Source: Parcubacteria group bacterium
Lineage (GTDB): Bacteria; Patescibacteriota; Minisyncoccia; Moranbacterales; UBA2206
DNA length: 64,000 bases
NCBI GenBank assembly: GCA_041674205.1
Contig: JBAYWF010000001.1
Span: 149,003-213,002, forward strand
Direction: 5' to 3'
Shown here: positions 17,717 to 27,536 of the stretch, one piece after another
How positions within the stretch are numbered: position 1 is the first letter of the stretch
How the letters are laid out: each line of letters starts with the position of its first letter
Translations under genes and position numbers: made by a program
Notes under the pieces: model-generated
Told to the model about the DNA's origin: nothing
Database searches by the model: none
Seen by the model: the letters and a program-made list of their open reading frames with translations, nothing else

Positions 17717-18514
17717 ATGAAAAAAGGACATATCTGGGGAATAATTTTTATTTTAGCCGGCTTGGGAGGAGGTTATTTTTTGGCGGCGCTAAATGACAAC
17801 GGATCAAGGCGGATAAGCGTGCCGGCCGATTTCCGGAACGAAGACATTTCAAGGGTCAAAAATAATTTGCAGACGGTCGAAATGGGTATGGGCGGACAGG
17901 CGCCTTTGGAAAGCGCTCCGGACAAACTGGTGGAATTCGACGTTCCTTTCGTCGTCCAGGCTCCGACCGCGAATTGGGACGATCCTGTTTTCCAGAACGC
18001 TTGCGAAGAAGCGTCGATCATTATGGCGATGGGATGGGTCAGAGGGACTAAATCCATATCTTCGGCTGACGCGCAAAAGCAGATATTGGATCTGGATGGT
18101 TTTGAAATGAGGACTTTCGGTTATAGCTATGACACCGATGTTTCCGACGTCAAACGCATCTTCGAGGAATATTACCACCATCCCGGCGTTTCGGTCCGCG
18201 AGGATATAGCGGCTCCCGATATCATAAAAGAATTGCAAGCCGGCAACCTTGTCCTGGTTCCGGCTTTCGGCCAGGCGCTCGGAAATCCCAATTATACCTA
18301 TCCCGGTCCGGTCGTACATATGCTGGTCGTCCGGGGATATGATCCCGATAGAAGGGAATTCATCACCAATGATCCCGGAACGAAACGGGGTGCCGGGTAT
18401 CGGTATGGCGAAAAAATTTTGTTGGACGCGATCTGGCGATATCCGAGCGGGCAAGGTGTTCCGCCGGTCCCTGTAGGAAATTTTAAAAAAGCGATGGTGG
18501 TCGTTGCGAAATGA
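17717..18514 (+). CDS. secreted/anchored papain-like C39_2-type peptidase-domain protein
   Basis: Signal-anchor, then VPFVVQAPTANWDDPVFQNACEEASIIMAMGW (Gln/Cys block) and a C-terminal HMLVVRGYDPDRREFITNDP block (His, DP), as in C39-like peptidase domains. Start taken at the ATG at 17717 rather than the TTG at 17675. Confidence 0.55.
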   Translation: MKKGHIWGIIFILAGLGGGYFLAALNDNGSRRISVPADFRNEDISRVKNNLQTVEMGMGGQAPLESAPDKLVEFDVPFVVQAPTANWDDPVFQNACEEASIIMAMGWVRGTKSISSADAQKQILDLDGFEMRTFGYSYDTDVSDVKRIFEEYYHHPGVSVREDIAAPDIIKELQAGNLVLVPAFGQALGNPNYTYPGPVVHMLVVRGYDPDRREFITNDPGTKRGAGYRYGEKILLDAIWRYPSGQGVPPVPVGNFKKAMVVVAK

Positions 18515-18588
18515 CCCGTCATCGCGATACCCGAAGATGTTTTTTAGCTGCATTTATGCTATGATGGAGCTACTAAATATCGGGAAAT

Positions 18589-20877
18589 ATGCCTAAACAT
18601 AAAAAAAACCAGCAACGGGGCGGAGCCGATCGGCAAGCCGCAAACGCATCGGGATCCTTGCGTTTTTTTCCCGGATCTCAGATTGAAAAAACGGTCAAAC
18701 TGCTGCTTTGGTTGCTTCCGTTCGTTCCCCTGGCCAGCTGGAAATATTTTTTCTTTCCGTATATTTCAATCAAACTTTTCATAGTCTATATCCTGAGCGA
18801 GGCGGTCTTCGGTTTGTATCTGATTTTGTGTTTTTCGGATAGGAGTTATCTGCCGGATTTCCATTGCAAAGATGGGCAGGGCGGAAAAAGTAAAAATTGG
18901 ATTTTGATCAGTCTGGCGTCCTATATGGCGGTTTTGGTCCTGACTACCTTTTTTTCCGTGGACATTTCCAAAAGCTTTTTCGGCAGTATCAGTTCTATGA
19001 ACGGACTGCTGACCGTGCTGCATTTTTTCCTGCTGTTCGTGGTTTTTTCCCGGGCATTCATCGATCGGAAATTCTGGATTATTTTCTTTCGCGCCAATAT
19101 GCTCGTCGGAATTTTTATCTCCGTTTGCGCGCTGTTCCAAAAGATGGGCGGTTCGGCATCGCCGATGGTGACCTTTGGAAATCCGGCCTATCTTTCCGGT
19201 TATCTTGTTTTGATCATCTTCCAGGCGATGGCTTTGTTCTGGTGGGATAACCGGAATAATTGGAAAATAGCGCATCTGATCGCCGGAATCATCAGTATGT
19301 CGGTGGTATTCTTAGCTGTCGATATCCGCGGTTCGCAACTAGGTGTCGCAACCGGCTTGCTCGCGGCGGTTTTGCTATACGGCTTGGCGAATGAAAAAGA
19401 AATAATCAGGAAGGTTTTCCGCTGGACATTCCTGGCCGGATTGGTGATGGCGGTGGCGATTTCCTTTTATGCGATAAGTTCAGGCAAGATTTATTCTTTT
19501 TTTGGGCGGTCATATACCGTTAAAACCCGTCTGGTAGCTTGGGAATCAGGACTGCGCGGATTCGGCGACAAATTTTTGACCGGCTACGGCTTGGAAAATT
19601 ATACGGTGCCGTTTGAAAAATATTTCCAGCCGACCTATTACAACCAAGGCAGGGGCAGTGCCACGGAATTCGGTGCGGATTCCCCGCATAATAAGGTTAT
19701 CGAGGTGGCGGTTTCTAATGGGATTTTCGGCGTAGCGGCTTATTTAGGGATATTCGCGGCTGTTTTCCATCTGATTTATGCGCGATATCTGGTTTCGCGC
19801 CGGAAAATTTTTCTGGGCCTGGCCGGACTTTTCAGCGCTTATTTCGTGCATCTGCTCTTTATTTTTGATACGGTGTCCGCTTCCTTGCTATTTTTCCCAT
19901 CCCTGGCCTTTTTGATTTTCGTATCGTGCGGGGACGGGATCGGTTCGGCGGGAAAAGAAAAACAGACCGGACTGTCTTTCGGCAAAATGGCTTCTGTCGC
20001 TGGAGCCGTCGCGATAATTTTCTGTGTCGCGGCTTTCTATTTCGTCTGGAAACCGGCCAAGGCGGTCCGGTATGCCAACATTGCCATAAACTCAGCCAAG
20101 GCTGGAAAATATGCTGAAGCTGCGGATGGATTGGACAGCCTGCGTCGGGAAAATGTCTATGCGGTGGAAGAAAGCGCTATTTTGGAAATCGGCAAAATAA
20201 CCCAGATCAATTTTTTCAACAAAACCGATTTCACCGGGGATGACAAAAAATATTTTGAAAAAATAATCGGACTGGCGGAATATAATCTGCGGCGCAATCC
20301 GGACAATCTGCATTATTACATCGAATTGGCTTCGTTGTATGACCGGGCCGGCCGCTATGACCAGAGCTATTACGGGAAAAATATCGAGCTTTTGGAAAAG
20401 GACCTGCAAAAAGGCACTAAAAGGGTGGAGGCCTATATGATGTTGGCCGATGCTTATGGCGCGACCGGCAACCGGGCCAGGGCGGAAGAATTGGGCCGGG
20501 CCGGAGTGGCGCTGGATCCGACCTACGGCTACGGCTATTTCTTGCTGGGCAATATTTATTTTTACAGGCTGGATGACGCGGGCAAGGCCGATGAGAATTT
20601 CGAAAAAGCTTTCGAATACGGATATAAAAACGTGAATTCTTTGAAATCCTACGCGGATGTGAACGTGAAGACCGGCAACCTGCCTAAAGCTATTTTCGCT
20701 TTTGAAGAACTCATCAAGCTCAATCCAAAAGATCCGCAACAGTATGCCAATCTGGCCATGCTCTATCTGAGCAACAAAGACTACCAAAAGGCGCGGGATA
20801 TGGCGGAGAAAACCAAGCGGAAATTTCCCGGCACCCAGGCCCAGATCGACGCATTCCTAAAAATAATTCCCAAATAA
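18589..20877 (+). CDS. O-antigen ligase/polymerase-like (Wzy_C) membrane protein fused to C-terminal TPR repeats
   Basis: About 10 TM helices with Wzy_C-like periplasmic loop region, then about 250 aa of TPR-like repeats (YYIELASLY..., AYMMLADAY..., YANLAMLYL...). Confidence 0.6.
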   Translation: MPKHKKNQQRGGADRQAANASGSLRFFPGSQIEKTVKLLLWLLPFVPLASWKYFFFPYISIKLFIVYILSEAVFGLYLILCFSDRSYLPDFHCKDGQGGKSKNWILISLASYMAVLVLTTFFSVDISKSFFGSISSMNGLLTVLHFFLLFVVFSRAFIDRKFWIIFFRANMLVGIFISVCALFQKMGGSASPMVTFGNPAYLSGYLVLIIFQAMALFWWDNRNNWKIAHLIAGIISMSVVFLAVDIRGSQLGVATGLLAAVLLYGLANEKEIIRKVFRWTFLAGLVMAVAISFYAISSGKIYSFFGRSYTVKTRLVAWESGLRGFGDKFLTGYGLENYTVPFEKYFQPTYYNQGRGSATEFGADSPHNKVIEVAVSNGIFGVAAYLGIFAAVFHLIYARYLVSRRKIFLGLAGLFSAYFVHLLFIFDTVSASLLFFPSLAFLIFVSCGDGIGSAGKEKQTGLSFGKMASVAGAVAIIFCVAAFYFVWKPAKAVRYANIAINSAKAGKYAEAADGLDSLRRENVYAVEESAILEIGKITQINFFNKTDFTGDDKKYFEKIIGLAEYNLRRNPDNLHYYIELASLYDRAGRYDQSYYGKNIELLEKDLQKGTKRVEAYMMLADAYGATGNRARAEELGRAGVALDPTYGYGYFLLGNIYFYRLDDAGKADENFEKAFEYGYKNVNSLKSYADVNVKTGNLPKAIFAFEELIKLNPKDPQQYANLAMLYLSNKDYQKARDMAEKTKRKFPGTQAQIDAFLKIIPK

Positions 20878-22265
20878 TGTTTTATAACGATCGTTTGCTG
20901 ATGCGGAAAATAATCTTATTGGCAGGGGATGTTGCACTGTTTTTCTTCGCGCTTTTTTTAGCGCTTTCCATCAGGCAGCTGCGGCTGGTTCCGGCGGACT
21001 ATTATCAGATAAATCTGCAGGTTTTTTGGCCGATTTTCGCCATATCGGTCATCGTCTATTTCCTTTTTGATTTGTACAATATTAAAATGTTGCAGAAAAT
21101 TTACCGCTCGGTCTATTTTCTTTTTTTAGCGGTGGCAACCAATATTTTGCTAGCCGTTTCATTTTGGTATGCTTTCTATTCGGAAGCCGAAGTGACGCCG
21201 AAGACCGTGCTGTTGCTCTATGGGGTCTTGGTGTTTCTGTTGACGGTCGTCTGGCGCTTCCTCTATCACGACCTATTTTTCAATAACAGCAGATATCAAA
21301 AAAGGATCGTGATAGTCGGCGGGGAAGATCAAAGCGAAGAATTGCTGAAAATCGCCAATCCGCCGCAAGGCGCGGACTATAAAATCGTCGGCTATATCTC
21401 CCAAGCGGCCGGCCAAGACCAGGTGGCTTTCCAAAACATACCATGCCTGGGGAATTTCCATGATATCCAGAAAATCATCCGGGAGCATAAAGTGGGGGAA
21501 TTGATCGTGGCTTTCGACTATCGCCGCAACCGCGAATGTGTGAAAGAATTGTCCGACTCTTTGAATTTCGGAATTAAGATTTTTGAATGGCCGGTTTTTT
21601 TCGAACAGGTTTTTCAAAAAGTCCCCACCAATCAGATAGACCATTTTTGGTTCATCTATGGTTTGGGCGATGCGGATAGGAAGCTCTATGAAAGAATAAA
21701 GAGGTTGCTGGATATGCTGGTCGCGGCAGCCGGCCTGGTTTTTTTAGCGTGCGTTTTGCCTTTGATCGCGATTGCGGTAAAATCAACGTCGCCAGGCCCG
21801 ATTTTCTACCGGCAAAAAAGGATGGGATTCAACGGCCAGCTGTTCACTTTGATAAAATTCCGCACGATGGAAAATGGAGCCGAGAAAAATGGCGCGCAGT
21901 GGGCTTCCAAGAATGACGCCAGGGTGACGAAAATCGGCTGGTTCTTGCGCCGGACGCGCTTGGATGAAATCCCGCAGTTCGTGAACATCCTGAAAGGGGA
22001 GATGAGTTTGGTCGGACCGCGGCCGGAACGCCCTGAATTTTTAGAAACGTTGTCGGAAAAAATCCCGTTCTATTACAAAAGGAATATGGTCTTGCCGGGG
22101 CTGACCGGATTCGCCCAGATAATGTATCCCTATGCGGCGACCGTCGAAGACTCATTGGAAAAAGTCGGCTACGACCTCTACTACATCAAAAATCGCTCCT
22201 TTTTCCTGTATTTGAAAATAGTCTTGCTGACGGTGAGGACGGCGTTGTCTTTCAGCGGCCGGTAA
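20877..22265 (+). CDS. polyprenyl-phosphate glycosyl-1-phosphate transferase (WbaP/WcaJ/EpsL-like priming sugar transferase)
   Basis: N-terminal TMs, and a C-terminal catalytic domain with PGPIFYRQKRMG, LFTLIKFRTM, DEIPQF and SLVGPRPE motifs. Confidence 0.85.
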   Translation: MFYNDRLLMRKIILLAGDVALFFFALFLALSIRQLRLVPADYYQINLQVFWPIFAISVIVYFLFDLYNIKMLQKIYRSVYFLFLAVATNILLAVSFWYAFYSEAEVTPKTVLLLYGVLVFLLTVVWRFLYHDLFFNNSRYQKRIVIVGGEDQSEELLKIANPPQGADYKIVGYISQAAGQDQVAFQNIPCLGNFHDIQKIIREHKVGELIVAFDYRRNRECVKELSDSLNFGIKIFEWPVFFEQVFQKVPTNQIDHFWFIYGLGDADRKLYERIKRLLDMLVAAAGLVFLACVLPLIAIAVKSTSPGPIFYRQKRMGFNGQLFTLIKFRTMENGAEKNGAQWASKNDARVTKIGWFLRRTRLDEIPQFVNILKGEMSLVGPRPERPEFLETLSEKIPFYYKRNMVLPGLTGFAQIMYPYAATVEDSLEKVGYDLYYIKNRSFFLYLKIVLLTVRTALSFSGR

Positions 22266-22267
22266 TC

Positions 22268-23533
22268 CTATCTGAAAAATAATTCACCTAAAGAGATGTT
22301 TTGTTTTTGATTCAGTATCACCGAATATCTTAAATTAAAAAAGACGAAAAGCGATAAGGATAAGGCGATTCCGGTAAAAATAAATTTCCTCAAGACGGGG
22401 GATTTTATTTTTTCCTGGACGAACTTCACGCCATAAAAAGTGAAAAAAGCGGCGATGAGGTAGGTCAGCGGCCAGAGCAAAATAAGCGAACGAAAAGCGT
22501 AATAATTGACTGAAGAAAGCATTGTAAAGGTGAAGGCGGCTAAGAAGGCGGCTAATATCTTGTATTGCCCGTAGTATGCCAGCAGCAACATAAGCATCGG
22601 GAAAACGGCGACCGCCGACCAATGGGGGAATATGAATTTGAAATAATCCCTTTCAAGAAAAACTATTCCCGGAAAGATGCCTGGTCCGGCTACGTTCTCC
22701 CTTTGGTCTTGGAACGCATAACTCTCGCTTTTGATTATCTGGGCAGTCGATTCATTGGAAAGACGCGATGGTCCGTATGGATTATTTTTGTAATACATCG
22801 ATGGGATGATGTAGGCTAAAAATAACAAAAACAAGACGAACGCGGTTTTTTTGATGATTGTCCAGTCTATCTTTTTGGACAATAGGCTGTAAAAAAAACA
22901 AAAAGCGGCTAGGACAAAGGAGAAATATATCCCGATGGTATGCGAATAAACCATCGCGGGGACGGCTAATAGTGAAATTACTCCCCAATATTTGTTATCA
23001 TCGAGTATCAATGCGAACAGGAGCAGGAAAAGCAGCAATGCGAAGAAACTTGGAACGACCCAAAAAAAACCGTGATAAGTGCCGGCACCGTTAAACAGCG
23101 CCAGGAAAAATATCGATAGCGCCGTTAGATTTTTATTGTCGCTGAATTGTTTTACGAAATAAACCAAAACCGGTAGCAGTAGGATCGTTCCGATGTAAAA
23201 ATTCAGCTTGAATGCCTGGTAAGACGTTATATCGAGAATTTTTGCCAGCAAACCCAGCGGCAGCCTGTATGTCAGATGTTCCCAGAAAGCATATCTATCC
23301 GGCGTAAAGTTGCCTGTGCTGCAAAAAATTAAGCTGGGGCAATTTCTTACGGATTCGATGTGCCGTACATATGATGCGATGTCATCTGCCGATCCAGGGA
23401 CATTCAAGCCGTTGTTTAAAAAAATACCTATTAAAAAAAATTTCCAGGCGATGAAAAATATGACGGCCAGTATGATCCATTTGTTTCCATTGATAAACGA
23501 TCCCAGTTTCCCTTTTTCAAAATAAGTGTTCAT
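22268..23533 (-). CDS. polytopic membrane protein of glycan cluster (possible Wzy-like polymerase or GT-C)
   Basis: 421 aa with more than 10 TM helices. It is convergent with the WbaP-like gene and flanked by GT4 genes. Confidence 0.4.
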   Translation of the reverse strand: MNTYFEKGKLGSFINGNKWIILAVIFFIAWKFFLIGIFLNNGLNVPGSADDIASYVRHIESVRNCPSLIFCSTGNFTPDRYAFWEHLTYRLPLGLLAKILDITSYQAFKLNFYIGTILLLPVLVYFVKQFSDNKNLTALSIFFLALFNGAGTYHGFFWVVPSFFALLLFLLLFALILDDNKYWGVISLLAVPAMVYSHTIGIYFSFVLAAFCFFYSLLSKKIDWTIIKKTAFVLFLLFLAYIIPSMYYKNNPYGPSRLSNESTAQIIKSESYAFQDQRENVAGPGIFPGIVFLERDYFKFIFPHWSAVAVFPMLMLLLAYYGQYKILAAFLAAFTFTMLSSVNYYAFRSLILLWPLTYLIAAFFTFYGVKFVQEKIKSPVLRKFIFTGIALSLSLFVFFNLRYSVILNQKQNISLGELFFR

Positions 23534-24459
23534 AGTTTCTGTTTATTATAAATTTCGATGTATTGGGCGGTTATTCCGGTCCAAGAAAAATTTTGAGCAA
23601 GCTGGATGGCTTCCGCCCCGCCCCGCTCCCTTTCTTCCTTTGAGGCGATGAATTTTTTCAGGATTGCCTGGTAATCCGCATCGGTGCGGGCGATGTATCC
23701 CTCCGTCCGTCCGGTCAATATCTCTTCGATCGATCCGACGACATTGCTCACGACCGGCAAGCCGGAAGCCATCGCCTCAAGCACGGCCAGCGGTTGGTTA
23801 TCAAGCATCGAATAATAAGCGAATATGTCGATCCGGTTGAAAAGATCTTCTTTTTCGCAATAGCCTAAAAATTCAGTGTCGGCATGGATTTCCAAGATAG
23901 TTTTTTTATAGGCTTCAAAAAAAACCCCGTTGCCTCCGATGACGAGCGTCGCTTCGGGAAAAACGGCCTCGACTATCCGGGCGAGCCGTACGGTTCCGTC
24001 AGCTTTTTTTGGGAAATTGAAATTGGTCAGGATCCCTAGTTTGGGATTTTTCGGATCAAGGTCGTGGATCGCTTTGGGCGTTTCAGGAATATCTACGCCG
24101 TTGGGAATGACGATAGCTTTTTTAATGCCTAAGGTTTTTTTGAGGAAATTTGAAGGCGTGGTGACAAAATCGGCTTGCTTGATGATCAATGGAAAGAAAA
24201 ATCGGCCCAAATGTTTTTCGGCCTTGAAATTGCCATGGATAGTCAGGATATATTTTTTGCAAAGCAAGTTCGGCACCGGCACGCAAGAATGGACGATGTC
24301 GTAACGTCGGAACATCTGTTTGAAGTAGGCTTTCCTGCCCCAAATCACCGTGACGGCATAGCCGTTTTTTTGCAAATGCTTGGCTAAATTTTGCGCCCAA
24401 ACAAATGGTCCGCCTTGGGAGAATGTCACGATGAGGACGGTTTTTTTTGGGGATGGCAT
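23530..24459 (-). CDS. family-4 glycosyltransferase (GT-B, GT4)
   Basis: C-terminal GT-B signature LAVLEAMASGLPVVS with EX7E-like spacing. Confidence 0.8.
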   Translation of the reverse strand: MPSPKKTVLIVTFSQGGPFVWAQNLAKHLQKNGYAVTVIWGRKAYFKQMFRRYDIVHSCVPVPNLLCKKYILTIHGNFKAEKHLGRFFFPLIIKQADFVTTPSNFLKKTLGIKKAIVIPNGVDIPETPKAIHDLDPKNPKLGILTNFNFPKKADGTVRLARIVEAVFPEATLVIGGNGVFFEAYKKTILEIHADTEFLGYCEKEDLFNRIDIFAYYSMLDNQPLAVLEAMASGLPVVSNVVGSIEEILTGRTEGYIARTDADYQAILKKFIASKEERERGGAEAIQLAQNFSWTGITAQYIEIYNKQKL

Positions 24460-24569
24460 AAAAAGCTCGGTTACTTCATAATTACTTACTATTATACACT
24501 TTTTCGCTTTTTTCCGCCTCTGTTTCGTGATATATTTAGGATAGCTTATGGAAAATCGGCTTAAATCCT

Positions 24570-25691
24570 ATGAAAAAGGCAAAAATCCTCTATATCATCA
24601 CCCAATCCAGCTGGGGCGGGGCTCAGAAGTATGTTTTTGACTTGGCGAACGGCCTCAGGGGCGAATTTGAGGTGGCAGCGGCCTTCGGCGGCGAGGGAAG
24701 GCTGGCGGAGCGGTTGCGGTTGGCGGGTATCAGGACATATGGATTGAAAAACTTGGTGCGTGAGATATCTCCTTGGCGGGACTTTTTGGGATTGTGGGAG
24801 ATTTACCGCTTAATCAAAAAAGAACGGCCGGACATCGTGCACACCAATTCTTCCAAGGCGGAAATCTTGGGCAACATCGCGGCCTGGTTGGCCGGAGTCG
24901 AAAAAATCGTTTTCACGGCGCACGGTTTCGTTTTTAACGAGGATCTCGGTTTTTGGAAAAAGACCTTTTTTATTTTCTGGGAAAAGTTGGCCGGACTTTT
25001 CGCGGACAGGATAATTTGCGTGTCGGATTTCGATCGTGAATCAGCTTTGGAAAATAAAATAGCCTCGGCTGGAAAATTGCGTGTCATCCGCAACGGCATT
25101 GGGATCCCAGCGGAAAATCCAGCGCGTGTTGGAAGGGAAGATGGCAAAATCATCATCGGCACCATTGCCAATTTCTATCGCAACAAAGGCTTGGAATTTT
25201 TGGTCCAAGCGGCGGCGGAATTGAATGGAAAAATTCCCAATCTGGAATTTTGGGTGGCAGGCGATGGGGGTGAAAGGCGGAATATTGAAAAGGCCATAGA
25301 AAAACAACGATTGCCAAACTTCCAGTTGCTGGGTTTTCAAGAAAAACAATATGATTTTTTGCGGCAGTTGGACGTTTTTGTTTTGCCGTCGCTCAAGGAA
25401 GGTTTGCCATATGCGCTTCTGGAAGCGCTGTCGCTGGGCGTGCCGGCGGTAGCCAGCAAAGTCGGCGGGATTCCGGAGATAATAACTGATGGAGAAAACG
25501 GCTTTTTGGTGGAACCGAAAAATTCCAAGATGCTGGCGGAAAAAATCGGCCTTTTGCTCGGTAATGAAAGGCTGAAGACGGAATTTTCCCGGTTAGGACA
25601 GGAAAAAATCCGCACGGAATTCTCATTGGAGCGGATGTTGGAAAGGACCAAAAGGGTGTATAGAGAGTGTCGTGAAGAAGGCCAGTCGTGA
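24570..25691 (+). CDS. family-4 glycosyltransferase (GT-B, GT4)
   Basis: FVLPSLKEGLPYALLEALSLGVPAVASKVGGIPEII signature. Divergently transcribed from the previous GT4. Confidence 0.85.
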   Translation: MKKAKILYIITQSSWGGAQKYVFDLANGLRGEFEVAAAFGGEGRLAERLRLAGIRTYGLKNLVREISPWRDFLGLWEIYRLIKKERPDIVHTNSSKAEILGNIAAWLAGVEKIVFTAHGFVFNEDLGFWKKTFFIFWEKLAGLFADRIICVSDFDRESALENKIASAGKLRVIRNGIGIPAENPARVGREDGKIIIGTIANFYRNKGLEFLVQAAAELNGKIPNLEFWVAGDGGERRNIEKAIEKQRLPNFQLLGFQEKQYDFLRQLDVFVLPSLKEGLPYALLEALSLGVPAVASKVGGIPEIITDGENGFLVEPKNSKMLAEKIGLLLGNERLKTEFSRLGQEKIRTEFSLERMLERTKRVYRECREEGQS

Positions 25692-25807
25692 TTTTGCGAA
25701 TGAACGGGCGTTTGTCCTCCTGGCTTTTTAGTGGTTAAATGGGAGAATAGGTTGTTTTACAAAATAGGCATAGCGAGATTCAAATTCAAAAAAACGGAGG
25801 TCGCGGG

Positions 25808-26080
25808 ATGTTTAACTTCAATATCGAAGTACATGGTCACTCGAAGGGCATCGGGGACCAAATCAGGGATGAGATTCTCGATCTTTTCTCGGGTTGGCAG
25901 CTTGATGAGTTGGCGGTCACTTTCTATGACAATGAAAGCAACCGCCAAAGATTGATCACCACCCCTTTTCTCAGGGTGTATTATGACAACGGGGATAAAT
26001 TACAAGAAGTCATCGATAAGCTCGGAAAGTTCAAATACAGGATCGAGCTTATCCGGGTTGGATTCATTCTCCCTGCCTGA
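25808..26080 (+). CDS. hypothetical small protein
   Basis: 90-aa ORF with an ACGGAGG RBS 7 nt upstream. It is followed by a GC hairpin and long T-tract. Confidence 0.35.
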   Translation: MFNFNIEVHGHSKGIGDQIRDEILDLFSGWQLDELAVTFYDNESNRQRLITTPFLRVYYDNGDKLQEVIDKLGKFKYRIELIRVGFILPA

Positions 26081-26091
26081 ATAATGCAAAC

Positions 26092-26150
26092 CGGGAGCAT
26101 CTGTCGCAAGCGCGCGGCGGAGGCTCCTTTTTATTTTTTTAGTTTTTTCC
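26092..26150 (+). terminator. rho-independent terminator
   Basis: GC-rich stem (gggagc...gctcc) followed by tttttattttttt. Confidence 0.45.
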
Positions 26151-26192
26151 CGGACTGGGATGATCAAGCCGGCATCGGCCTGGCGGATGTCC

Positions 26193-26645
26193 CTAGGCCT
26201 GATAACGCTTCATTTCCTCAATGAGCATTTCGATATGCTGTTCGGTTTCGTCGTTCAATTTTTGAAGCAAGGCCCGCATGGTCGTATTCGCGGGCGTGAA
26301 TATGTCGAAGCATTTTTTTTCCAGCATAGAACGCTCGACGCGCAAGGCGGTATGCAAGGCGTCGTGGTGTGACAGCGTTTCTTTTTCCGCTCGGCGGGTT
26401 TCTTCCAGCACGAAATCCATCACATATCGGATGACGCCGCGGGAAAATTTGTTTTCGATGATGGATTGCGCCGAATCGATATCTGAGCCGTCATTGCTCA
26501 GGGAAGCGGCGTGTGAAATTTCTTCGCGGGAAAGCCGGTCCCAAAAAGCTTTTTTGCGGGGGATTTTTCGCGCATAAATCGAATAAAGCGAAGAAATATT
26601 GAGTTCGTTTTCTTCGAGCAATAGGAGGATAGGTTTATTATCCAT
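26193..26645 (-). CDS. hypothetical protein
   Basis: 150-aa ORF, helical and charged. I recognise no family. Confidence 0.4.
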   Translation of the reverse strand: MDNKPILLLLEENELNISSLYSIYARKIPRKKAFWDRLSREEISHAASLSNDGSDIDSAQSIIENKFSRGVIRYVMDFVLEETRRAEKETLSHHDALHTALRVERSMLEKKCFDIFTPANTTMRALLQKLNDETEQHIEMLIEEMKRYQA

Positions 26646-26810
26646 AGTCGGATGCCGTTAAATTGTTTAATCGTGGCGATGTTATTTTAGCGGATTTTTT
26701 AGGGATTGGCAACGTTCCGGATCGCCGGTTTATTCCGGTTTTCGATGTCGCGCCGGTTTTGCTATAATAGAAGGGATATAGCGGCTATTAATTTTTAAAT
26801 CTATAAATTT

Positions 26811-27278
26811 ATGTTGGACATCAAACCTTATCGCCAAAAGCCTGGATTTTGCGGTCCGTCTGCCTTGAAGATGGTGTTGGGTTTCTATGGTGTGGAGAAA
26901 AGCGAGGATGAATTGGGCTGTCTTACCAAGTGCGATCCGGACAAAGGCATTACCGGGTCAGCCATTGTCAAAGCGGCCGGGGAATTGGGTTTTGCCGGGT
27001 TTGTGAAAGATTCTGCCGAGCTGGAGGATATCCAGAAATTTTTAGACCAAAAGATACCTGTCATCGTGGAGTGGTTTTCGGAGGATGACGGGCACTATTC
27101 GGTGGTGGTGGAGATGGATAAGGAAAATATTTATTTGCAAGATCCGGAATTGGCCGGATTGCGGAAATTTGATTTGGAAACTTTCAGGAGGGTCTGGTTC
27201 ACCTTCGGCGGTGAATTTATGCGGACTAAAGACGACCTGATCTTGCGCCGGATGGTCGTAATTGAAAAGAAAGGTTAA
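26811..27278 (+). CDS. standalone C39-like cysteine peptidase domain protein
   Basis: RQKPGFCGPSALKMVLGFYG matches the C39 Gln/Cys N-terminal block (Q...DCG.A.L.M...YG). DGHYSVVVEMDKENIYLQDP matches the C39 His block (gHfVV......v.i.DP). Confidence 0.6.
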   Translation: MLDIKPYRQKPGFCGPSALKMVLGFYGVEKSEDELGCLTKCDPDKGITGSAIVKAAGELGFAGFVKDSAELEDIQKFLDQKIPVIVEWFSEDDGHYSVVVEMDKENIYLQDPELAGLRKFDLETFRRVWFTFGGEFMRTKDDLILRRMVVIEKKG

Positions 27279-27536
27279 AATCCGTTGTTTTTGGGATAGC
27301 GTCCGAAGTTGTCGTTCCTGTGAGCGGCTTTTTCGTATTGGTTGGCGCATCCCTTCCGGGTCGATCGGATAGATCCGTGGTATTTTACCGCGACAGGCGA
27401 AAAATCGGCAAAATTCTTCGGTTTATTTCCATTATCTTTAAATTATGGGATAATTGTTTATGCTGTTTGTAATATGTTAAAACGGAACGGATCGAATGTT
27501 GTTTAAAAATCAACCAAGTTGAAGGTAGGAGGCAGT

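Noticed and set aside
27279-27536. Possible tmRNA or other large RNA in the 690-nt gap after the C39 gene
   Set aside because: No tRNA-like T-arm (GGUUCGAAUCC-type) or tag-peptide frame found. The GC-rich palindromes coincide with a plausible RBS-equipped 125-aa ORF and its terminator, which explains the region more simply.
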